From: Gammaproteobacteria bacterium
Lineage (GTDB): Bacteria; Pseudomonadota; Gammaproteobacteria; Steroidobacterales; JACDCP01
Assembly: GCA_050740235.1 (NCBI GenBank)
Contig: JBOIDB010000094.1
Location: 10,263 to 74,262 of the forward strand
Direction: 5' to 3'
Length of the DNA stretch: 64,000 nt
The notes beneath the pieces were generated by a model. It ran no database searches. It was not told the origin of the DNA and saw only the letters and a list, made by a program, of their open reading frames with translations. Shown piece after piece: positions 44,903-53,083 of this stretch. The first letter of the stretch is position 1. Every line of letters starts with the position of its first letter. A program made the translations under genes and the position numbers.

Positions 44903-46489
44903 TCAGTCGTCGAGACTCGCGATGAATGCCCGGTAACGCGGATGCTTACGGAGGGGCTCGAGCTCGGGATCGTTTTCCACCCAGCTCCGGGATGCCAGAG
45001 AGGTTTCCAGATAGTCCAGCGCGCGGTTGATGTCGCCAGCCTGGGCGTAGAAACACGCCACGTTGTAACGGGCGCTGGGATCATCCGGATCGATAGCCAG
45101 CGCGCGTTCGCTCCACTCGAATGCCTTGTCGCGCTCCCCCAGGCTCAGCAGTGCTGCGCTGGCGAGAAAATACGCGCGGGCGTTGTCCGGATAATCCTCG
45201 AGGTGGCGCTCGGCGAGCGCGACCCCCCGCCGATCGGCTTTCCGGGCATTTTCTTCGTCGCCGAGGCTGCGATAGATAGGGGCGGCGATGAGGGGGCCCT
45301 GATAGTCTTCGGGATTGACCTCGGCGGCCTTCTCGAACAGTTCCAGTGCCCGGCGCATGCGCCCCTGGTGCACGGCCGTTCGCGCGTACTGGTACCACGT
45401 GTCGAACAGACGGGGATTGAGCTCGATGGCTCGCTCGAAGGCCTTCGCGGCATCATCGTAATTTCGCCGCGCAAGATGGAACAACGCCCTCGCTGAATGA
45501 GCCTCGGCCAGCTCCGGAGCGTGCTCCACGGCCCGGCGGCTGGCCTCGTCGGCAGCCTCGAGATGAGTCGTTCCGCCGGAATAGTAGATCGCCATCGTTG
45601 CGTGAGCATTTGCCATGGCGGCCCAGGCCGGGGCAAAACCCGGATCGGCCTCGGTGGACCGGCGGAACATGTCGATCGCGTAGCCCAGGCTCTTCGGCCC
45701 GAACCGATGCAGGAAGCTCAGCCCTCTGAGATACAAGTCATATGCGCGTGTATTGCTCGGCGTCGTGTGCGGTCGAGTCCGCGTGTGAAACCGGAGCTTC
45801 AACGCATCGCCGATCTTGCGGGCGATGTCGTCCTGAATCGCGAAGATGTCATCGAGCTTCCGGTCGTAGGATTCCGACCACAAGTGAGAGTCCGTGCCGG
45901 CCTCGATGAGTTGGGCGGTGATCCGCAGCCGGTCGCCGGCTTTGCGCACGCTGCCCTCGAGCACATGTCCGACGTTCAGCCGCTCGGCCAGCTCGTGGAT
46001 ATCGAGGTCCTTGCCTTTCAAGGCGAAGCAGGAGGTTCTGGAGGCGACCCGCAGATCCGGGATCCGCGCGAGCACGTTCAGCAGCTCTTCAGTCATGCCG
46101 TCGGAGAAGTATTCATTGTTGCGGTCGGGGCTCATGTCCAGGAAGGGCAGCACGGCGATGGACTTGTGCTCCTCCGTCGGCCGTGCGGCGTCTGCAAGTC
46201 GGGCAGGCGACGGGCCCTGCGCAGGCGTCGAGACGCCGTCGGCGGATTTCGCCTGTGCTGTCTCACGTCTGATGCTGCCCGGCGTGAGCTCGAATGCCCA
46301 GGCCATCGCCAGTGCAATCGGAAAGCCGATGAGCAGGAGAGCGATCGCCAGCGTGACGGTCCACGGCTGCAGGCCCAGCGCCGGGAACATGACGTCCACG
46401 ACCTGCATCATCAGCCAGGCCGCAGCCAGGTAGACGATCGCGACTTTGAAAACGTTTCGCCGTTTAAGCTCTGCGATGAGCTTGCGCAT
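44903..46489 (-). CDS. Membrane-anchored TolB-like-domain + TPR repeat protein (paralogue 2)
   Basis: IAELKRRNVFKVAIVYLAAAWLMMQV, SIAVLPF...DGMTEELLNVL...VLEGSVRKAGDRLRITAQLIE, then TPRs. The architecture matches 36823-39048. Confidence 0.75.
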   Translation of the reverse strand: MRKLIAELKRRNVFKVAIVYLAAAWLMMQVVDVMFPALGLQPWTVTLAIALLLIGFPIALAMAWAFELTPGSIRRETAQAKSADGVSTPAQGPSPARLADAARPTEEHKSIAVLPFLDMSPDRNNEYFSDGMTEELLNVLARIPDLRVASRTSCFALKGKDLDIHELAERLNVGHVLEGSVRKAGDRLRITAQLIEAGTDSHLWSESYDRKLDDIFAIQDDIARKIGDALKLRFHTRTRPHTTPSNTRAYDLYLRGLSFLHRFGPKSLGYAIDMFRRSTEADPGFAPAWAAMANAHATMAIYYSGGTTHLEAADEASRRAVEHAPELAEAHSARALFHLARRNYDDAAKAFERAIELNPRLFDTWYQYARTAVHQGRMRRALELFEKAAEVNPEDYQGPLIAAPIYRSLGDEENARKADRRGVALAERHLEDYPDNARAYFLASAALLSLGERDKAFEWSERALAIDPDDPSARYNVACFYAQAGDINRALDYLETSLASRSWVENDPELEPLRKHPRYRAFIASLDD

Positions 46490-46621
46490 TGCCGCCCGGT
46501 TCCCGCCTGTCCGCCGTCAAGCATGGCGGAACGACAAGGAATGTCAACTTGGCAGGCGCCGCGCCGGCGTGATTCCTGTCGCAATCATGACGATATTAAT
46601 GCATCGACTATTTCGCAGGTA

Positions 46622-47341
46622 TCAAGCGCCGGGCGGCGCCGCATCGTCCGACGGTGTCGCGGCAAGCCGATAGCCGTACTTGCGCACGGTCAGGATATAT
46701 CGAGGGCTTGCCGGATCGGTCTCCAGCTTGCGCCTGAGCTCGGCGATATGAGTGTCTACCGTGCGGCTGACCACTTCACCCGCATGTCCCCAGACTTCCC
46801 GAAGCAGCGCCGCACGCGATATCGCCGTGCCCTGATGCCGCAGGAGCACGCAAAGCAGATCATATTCTTTCGGTGTCAGGCAAACATGCCGGCCGTTGCG
46901 TAAAACTTCGCGCGAGGCGGGCCGCAGCTCGATGGCACCGAATCGATGCATCTCGCTTTGCGCAGGCTGACCTCGGGCCGATTCGCGACGCAGCAACGCT
47001 TCTACTCGGGCAAGAAACTCGAGCAGCCCGAACGGCTTCGTCATGTAGTCGTCCGCACCCAGCTTCAAGCCCCGGACCTTGTCGGACTCTTCTCCGCGAG
47101 CCGTCAATATGAGAACCGGGCATCGGTGCTCTTTGCGCCGCAGCTCGCGCAACACCCGAAAGCCGTCGAGTCCGGGCAGCATCAAATCGAGCACGACCAG
47201 ATCCGGCGGGCGTTCGCTTGCGACCTGCAACGCGCTCTCGCCGTCGGCCGCGACATCCACTGCGTAACCTTCGATCTCCAGATTGTTGGCGAGCCCGGCA
47301 GCAAGATCCGTGCTGTCCTCGATGACCAATATGTGCGCCAC
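46622..47341 (-). CDS. OmpR-family response regulator
   Basis: Receiver domain (LVVLDLMLPGLDG) followed by a winged-helix output domain (YGYRL). Confidence 0.9.
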   Translation of the reverse strand: MAHILVIEDSTDLAAGLANNLEIEGYAVDVAADGESALQVASERPPDLVVLDLMLPGLDGFRVLRELRRKEHRCPVLILTARGEESDKVRGLKLGADDYMTKPFGLLEFLARVEALLRRESARGQPAQSEMHRFGAIELRPASREVLRNGRHVCLTPKEYDLLCVLLRHQGTAISRAALLREVWGHAGEVVSRTVDTHIAELRRKLETDPASPRYILTVRKYGYRLAATPSDDAAPPGA

Positions 47342-48985
47342 TTATCCGACTCCGCCCGGGCAGTCCGACCGGGGAAACGTCACCGTGCAGCGGGCACCTC
47401 CCGCGCCGCCCTCGCTGATGAGGCAGCGTCCCCGATGCCTGGTCACGAGGTCGCGAACTACGGCGAGACCGATGCCCGTGCCGGGCACATTGCGGCTCGA
47501 ACCTGAGTCACAGCGATAATAGGGATCCCATGCACGTCTGCGCTCGCCGGCAGGGATTCCCGGACCCTCGTCCTCGACCGAAATGCTTACCTCTCGAAGC
47601 GCCGCCTGCACGGCGACTTGCACCGTCTGTTCCGGTGGACCGTACTTCGCGGCGTTGTCGACAAGATTGCTCAGAATCTGTCGCAGCGCATCCGCATCGA
47701 TTTCCACGCAGACTGATCTGAGCCCGTTGGATTCAAACATCAATCGCCCGGGCACCAGAGGCTCCAGCTCCTCGACGAGATGCCTTGTGGTGGCGACCAG
47801 ATCGAGGCTTTTCGAATGCAACTCGACGGCGCCGAACTTTGCGGCCTGGAAGCGCAGCAGATTCGTGACCAGATTGGAAAGTCGATTCGATTCCCTGTCG
47901 ATGACGGTGAGCGCCTTGTGCGCTTCTTCTGTGGACCGTGTCCTGTCGAGCAGAAGCGTCTCCGCATATATACGAATCTGCGTGAGCGGCGTTCGCAGTT
48001 CGTGTGAAACGCGAGAAATGAAGTCCTCGCGAAGACGAGCGAGCGCGCGTTCCCGCCATACCTGCACGATCGAGATGATGAGCAGTGCGCTCGTCAGCAG
48101 AAGCAGGCCGCCGACCAGGGGCAGGCGAGCGCCGGGCATGCCGCCGATGACGACCTCGTCGGCGACCGCGGGATTGAGCGCAGCCTCCAGACGCATCCCG
48201 CGCAGCGCCCCGCCATAATCGTCGGACGCCTGCCGCGTGACGAGCAGATTGCCGGTGGGCCGCGATCCGACGACGAGCAGATCACGATTGCGGGTGTCGA
48301 ATGCGCGAAGATAAAGCGCATCCCGCGCGAGCGGATCTTCGATCAGGGTTGCCGGCAACAAGCCGCCGCGCTCATAAGCTTCTCTCAGCCAGCCGGGATA
48401 CTGGTCGACGGCGACCTCGAACCCCGGGAAGTAGGTTGAGCCGTCATCGCTGGTCAGCTCCGCAAAAACGAATGTCCGCACCGTCGACCCGTTTTCGAAA
48501 GTGAGCACGATGAAAGGTGCCTGTCTCGCGTCGCGACTCTGGATAGCTTCGTCGAGTCGCCTGCGCGTCCAAGCAGTCAAATCCGCGGCCAGCTCGGCAG
48601 CCGATGTTTCGATCCGGGCGTCACCCGGCCAATACCTCAGGAAGCGGGCCGCGAGCTGCAAGGCTCTGCCAACTTTCTCGTCCCCGCTGTCCTGCATCCG
48701 CGACGTCCAGTCCGATAGCTGCGAGCTGCCGGTATCCGGCCACCGGCCCAGTTCGGACACCAGCGGCAGGAAACCGTAAAAACCGATCTCGGTCGCAGAA
48801 CGGCGTATGAACTCTTCGGCGGCGAGTCCCGCATAGTCCCGCAGCACGCCTTCGGCCGTTGCGCGTTGCGCGAGCACGGCAGTATAGGCCTGCCATGCCA
48901 GCGCACCGGCCAGAACCATGCAGAGCATCAGCAGGGCAACCAGAACGGTCGCCGTGTGAGACGTCCTGATCGAGCGGACTGACAT
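47342..48985 (-). CDS. Sensor histidine kinase
   Basis: H-box SHELRTPL, N-box DNAAKYG and G-box GTGIGLAVV. The N-terminal TM helix is followed by a ~250 aa extracytoplasmic region. The gene abuts the response regulator gene. Confidence 0.85.
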   Translation of the reverse strand: MSVRSIRTSHTATVLVALLMLCMVLAGALAWQAYTAVLAQRATAEGVLRDYAGLAAEEFIRRSATEIGFYGFLPLVSELGRWPDTGSSQLSDWTSRMQDSGDEKVGRALQLAARFLRYWPGDARIETSAAELAADLTAWTRRRLDEAIQSRDARQAPFIVLTFENGSTVRTFVFAELTSDDGSTYFPGFEVAVDQYPGWLREAYERGGLLPATLIEDPLARDALYLRAFDTRNRDLLVVGSRPTGNLLVTRQASDDYGGALRGMRLEAALNPAVADEVVIGGMPGARLPLVGGLLLLTSALLIISIVQVWRERALARLREDFISRVSHELRTPLTQIRIYAETLLLDRTRSTEEAHKALTVIDRESNRLSNLVTNLLRFQAAKFGAVELHSKSLDLVATTRHLVEELEPLVPGRLMFESNGLRSVCVEIDADALRQILSNLVDNAAKYGPPEQTVQVAVQAALREVSISVEDEGPGIPAGERRRAWDPYYRCDSGSSRNVPGTGIGLAVVRDLVTRHRGRCLISEGGAGGARCTVTFPRSDCPGGVG

Positions 48986-49135
48986 GTCCGCGTATCATCG
49001 GGAAAACGTTTCGCCACTACAAGTGGACAACCGTTCGGGCACCTGCGTTGTCCTGACTGGTTCCTGACACGTTCCGCACCGAATGCGAACCTGCGACAGC
49101 TTGCGACTTTGTAGACTCCGTGCGACCGGGTCGTA

Positions 49136-49897
49136 ATGCAAAGGTGCGCGCTAATGTGCCTGCTTCCGAAGCTGATTGCCGGGTGCTGCCTTGTTGCCAC
49201 GGTGCCGGCACTGGCGGCCATCTACGATGATCCGGAAAACCTGCGAGTACTGCCTGCGGACATCACGAGCGAAGAGCTACGAAGCACCATGAAGGAATTC
49301 GCACTAGGGCTGGGGGTCCGATGCGAGCATTGTCACGTGGGCGAAGGCGACGATCTCACGAGTTTCGAGTTCGAGCTGGATAAGAAAAAGCCCAAGCGCA
49401 TTGCACGCAAGATGCTCGAGTTGACCGCATCGATCAATCGCAACCTGGCGTCGATCGACGTCACGGGCGAGACGCAAGTTAGCGTATCGTGCGTCACTTG
49501 CCATCGGGGCCTGCCTGCTCCGCTGCTGATCGAAGACGTTCTGGCCAGGACACTCGAGGAGGGCGGACCGCATGCGGCAGTCACCCGCTACCGCGCGCTG
49601 CGACAGGAATATTTCGGCAGCCACAGCTACGATTTTTCGGAGCTCACGCTGAGTATGTACGCGGAGGGGCTGACGCAGGCGGGCGCGACCGATTCAGCTA
49701 TCGCGCTGCTCGAGCTGAATCGTGAATACTATCCAGCCTCGGCGCTGATCGAGTTTTATCTCGGCCGCGCCTACGAGTCGGACGGCAACTCCGAACGGGC
49801 GCTGGAGGCTTATCGGACCGCCATCGACAAGGATCCCGGGCTCGCCGAGTTCCTCCAGCCCCGCATCGATAACCTGGAGACTGCCGGGTCTCGATGA
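49136..49897 (+). CDS. Secreted c-type cytochrome (reaction-centre cytochrome-c-subunit-like) with a TPR-like C-terminal half
   Basis: Two haem-binding motifs, CEHCH and CVTCH. NLRVLPADITSEELRSTMKEFALGLGVRCEHCH is typical of that family. Confidence 0.65.
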   Translation: MQRCALMCLLPKLIAGCCLVATVPALAAIYDDPENLRVLPADITSEELRSTMKEFALGLGVRCEHCHVGEGDDLTSFEFELDKKKPKRIARKMLELTASINRNLASIDVTGETQVSVSCVTCHRGLPAPLLIEDVLARTLEEGGPHAAVTRYRALRQEYFGSHSYDFSELTLSMYAEGLTQAGATDSAIALLELNREYYPASALIEFYLGRAYESDGNSERALEAYRTAIDKDPGLAEFLQPRIDNLETAGSR

Positions 49898-49972
49898 GCG
49901 CCGGCTCTTTCGCCTGAGCATCGTCCGCAAAGATCACAGGTTCTCTCGTTGGGGGTGTGCGCGCGAGTGGCC

Positions 49973-50752
49973 TCACATCTCGCCCTTGGTTCCCGCCAGC
50001 ATGAACAGTGGCCAGGTCACGTCCCTGGTGTTCCCGCCTTTGCCCCAGAGAGCGTACAGTTCCTGCCGCAGCCAGACTATCGGATCGACGCCTTTCTGCT
50101 TCCGGTAACGTTGCACGGCCGACCAGCTGCCTATGTAGGCGAGAAACTCCGCGAGCGTCCAGCGTTTGAGCATGCGGAACGCGGGCGCGGCAATTCGCGC
50201 GAACGGAAACTCGAGATCCGCGTAGGCATTGTCGATGTGCCGGCGCTCGGGCGGCCAGTACGGGCCGATGATCCCGGCATCGAATGCGTCCATCACCCGA
50301 TCGATGACCGGATCGATGCGCGTCAGCCCGTAACCCCACATCGCGAGCACGCCGCGGGGCTTCAGCGTGCGGCGCGCTTCGGTGTAAAAAGCCGGCAGTT
50401 CGAACCAGTGCGCGGCCTGGGCGACGGTGATCAGGTCGAGCGAGGCTTCGGGCAACCCCGAAGTCTCGGCAGCCGCCACCGCGTAATGCACTTTCTCATA
50501 CGCCCGCGCATTGGCAATCTGCTCGCGGCTGGCGTCGGTGGCGTGCACGTCGTCGAAATATGTCGCCAGGGCGACGGCGGCCTGCCCGCTGCCCGTGGCG
50601 CAATCCCAGGCCGTGCCGCGCGAAGGCGCCTGCTGTGCCAGCCAGGCAAACAGTGCTTCCGGATAGTCGGGTCGCGCAGCAGCATAGACGGCGGCATGCC
50701 CGGAAAAATGATCCTTGAATTCGCTCACAGGCCCATCGAGGAATGATTCCAT
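49973..50752 (-). CDS. Class I SAM-dependent methyltransferase
   Basis: AWDCATGSGQAA (motif I). The start is MESFLDG at 50752. Confidence 0.8.
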   Translation of the reverse strand: MESFLDGPVSEFKDHFSGHAAVYAAARPDYPEALFAWLAQQAPSRGTAWDCATGSGQAAVALATYFDDVHATDASREQIANARAYEKVHYAVAAAETSGLPEASLDLITVAQAAHWFELPAFYTEARRTLKPRGVLAMWGYGLTRIDPVIDRVMDAFDAGIIGPYWPPERRHIDNAYADLEFPFARIAAPAFRMLKRWTLAEFLAYIGSWSAVQRYRKQKGVDPIVWLRQELYALWGKGGNTRDVTWPLFMLAGTKGEM

Positions 50753-50871
50753 AACGGAAGCAGGACGTAGTATAGGAAATCCATTCCCGATTTCGCGCAC
50801 GCCGTTCCATTTCCGGACACCGCGCCGGCCTCGATCGAGCGCCGAAGCCAGTGGCCGCCCCAATTTTTGCT

Positions 50872-50887
50872 TGGCACGCACTCTGCA
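50872..50887 (+). promoter_or_regulatory. Candidate sigma-54 (-24/-12) promoter upstream of the adaptor gene
   Basis: TGGCACGcactCTGCA compared with the consensus TGGCACG-N4-TTGCA. The GG and GC spacing is exact and there is one mismatch. The element lies 47 nt upstream of ATG 50934. Confidence 0.55.
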
Positions 50888-50933
50888 ATGCGCCGGGGTG
50901 GACATCGTTGCCGACATACTCATACACGTCGAA

Positions 50934-52187
50934 ATGGATATCGTCAGAGAAGACCTGAAGCGCAAGCACCGACAGCGACGCTGGAGCTATTCGGCCGCGG
51001 CGGCTGCCGTCGTGCTGGCTCTCGGCATTTTTCTGGCCTTGCTGGAGCCGGCGGCGCCTTCCGTGGAACGCGCGGCGCTGTATATCGATACCGTCGAGCG
51101 GGGTGAAATGCTGTTGCAGGTCCGCGGGCCGGGCGTGCTGGTGCCGCGCGAAATCCTTTACATCGCGGCGGCCAGCGAGGCGCGCGTGGACCGCGTGCTC
51201 GTCAAGCCGGGCGCAGTGGTCACGGCCGACACGGAGATCGTGGCAATGAGCAATCCCGAGCTGGCGCAGGACGTCGCCGAAGCCCGCGCCGAAGTCACTG
51301 CTGCGGAAGCCGACTACGCTGCGCTTCAGGTGCAGTTGCAATCGCAGGTGCTCGATCAGCGCGCCGTGCTCGCCGCGGCGAACGCGGAATACGAGGGGGC
51401 GCGCCTGCAGGCCGAGGCGCAGGCCGAGCTCGCCGAGGCAGGCATCATTCCCGCCATCGAATTCCGCCGTGACGAGCTCGCCGCCGAGCAGCTCAAGGTC
51501 CGCCTGGACGTGGAGCGGGAGCGCGTCGGGTATCTGCAGGATGCGCTGGACGCGCAATTGCGTGCGGCGCGCGCGAGGCTGGAACAGCAGCGACAGAACC
51601 TCGAGCTGCGTGAAGAGCAGTATGCCAACCTGCATGTGCGCGCCGGTATCGAAGGGGTATTGCAGGCTTTGGAAGTCGAAGCCGGCCAGCGCGTGACACC
51701 CGGAACCAACATCGCGCGCGTAGCGCGTCCCGATGAGCTCATGGCGGAACTTCGCATCGCCGAGACGCAGGCCAAGGATATCCAGCTGGATCAGCCGGTG
51801 GAAATTGACACTCGCAACGGCACCGTGGAGGGTCGGGTGATCCGCATCGATCCGGCCGTGAGCGACGGCACCGTGCAGGTGGACGTGGACATCGTCGGGG
51901 AGCTGCCGCCCGGCGCGCGTCCCGATCTTTCCGTCGATGGCACCATTCTCATCGAACGACTCGACGATGTGCTGCACGTCGGACGGCCGGCCTACGGCCA
52001 GCCGGGCTCGACGCTGCGGATGTTCCGCGTTCAGCCGGAATCCGGCATCGCGGTGCGCATACCGGTGACCCTCGGCAAGGTGTCCGTCAACCGCGTGCAG
52101 ATTATCGAAGGTCTGAGTGAAGGCGACCGCGTCGTGCTGTCCGACACCTCACAGTGGGACGATCACGACCGAATCGAACTGAATTGA
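50934..52187 (+). CDS. HlyD/MacA-type periplasmic adaptor (membrane fusion protein)
   Basis: An N-terminal TM helix, a long Ala/Glu/Gln-rich coiled-coil hairpin, and beta-barrel-like C-terminal parts. Confidence 0.85.
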   Translation: MDIVREDLKRKHRQRRWSYSAAAAAVVLALGIFLALLEPAAPSVERAALYIDTVERGEMLLQVRGPGVLVPREILYIAAASEARVDRVLVKPGAVVTADTEIVAMSNPELAQDVAEARAEVTAAEADYAALQVQLQSQVLDQRAVLAAANAEYEGARLQAEAQAELAEAGIIPAIEFRRDELAAEQLKVRLDVERERVGYLQDALDAQLRAARARLEQQRQNLELREEQYANLHVRAGIEGVLQALEVEAGQRVTPGTNIARVARPDELMAELRIAETQAKDIQLDQPVEIDTRNGTVEGRVIRIDPAVSDGTVQVDVDIVGELPPGARPDLSVDGTILIERLDDVLHVGRPAYGQPGSTLRMFRVQPESGIAVRIPVTLGKVSVNRVQIIEGLSEGDRVVLSDTSQWDDHDRIELN

Positions 52188-52207
52188 AAGGCAAGGGGAC
52201 GACGACA

Positions 52208-52948
<741 letters not shown>

Positions 52949-52996
52949 TTCACGCAGGCGACAGGCAGTAACCCCGATCAAACGAGGGAGACTTTC

Positions 52997-53083
52997 ATGC
53001 GCAGCGTTCTAGATGATTTCCGCGTCGCTATGAATGAATCATGCACTGAACGAGGGGAGCGGGATGAGTTCGATCTGGCATGA
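52997..53083 (+). other. 28-codon mini-ORF whose first 11 residues mimic the permease-family N-terminus
   Basis: MRSVLDDFRVAMNESCTERGERDEFDLA. GAGGGAG lies 6 nt upstream. Its stop overlaps the start region of permease 1. Confidence 0.3.

Noticed and set aside
46548-46570. TTGGCAGGCGCCGCGCC looked like a sigma-54 -24 element.
   Set aside because: There is no TTGC-like -12 element beyond generic GC. The site is on the plus strand between two minus-strand genes, so it has no gene to drive.
50851-50870. A second possible -24/-12 element, GTGGCCGCCCCAATTTTTGC, just upstream of the reported sigma-54 site.
   Set aside because: The GG-to-GC spacing is too long by about 4 nt compared with the sigma-54 consensus.
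52997-53083. The hypothesis that permease 1 is a frameshifted pseudogene starting at 52997.
   Set aside because: The main ORF starting at 53064 has its own complete N-terminal family motif and its own Shine-Dalgarno sequence. The upstream piece is therefore a duplicate stub, not the missing start.
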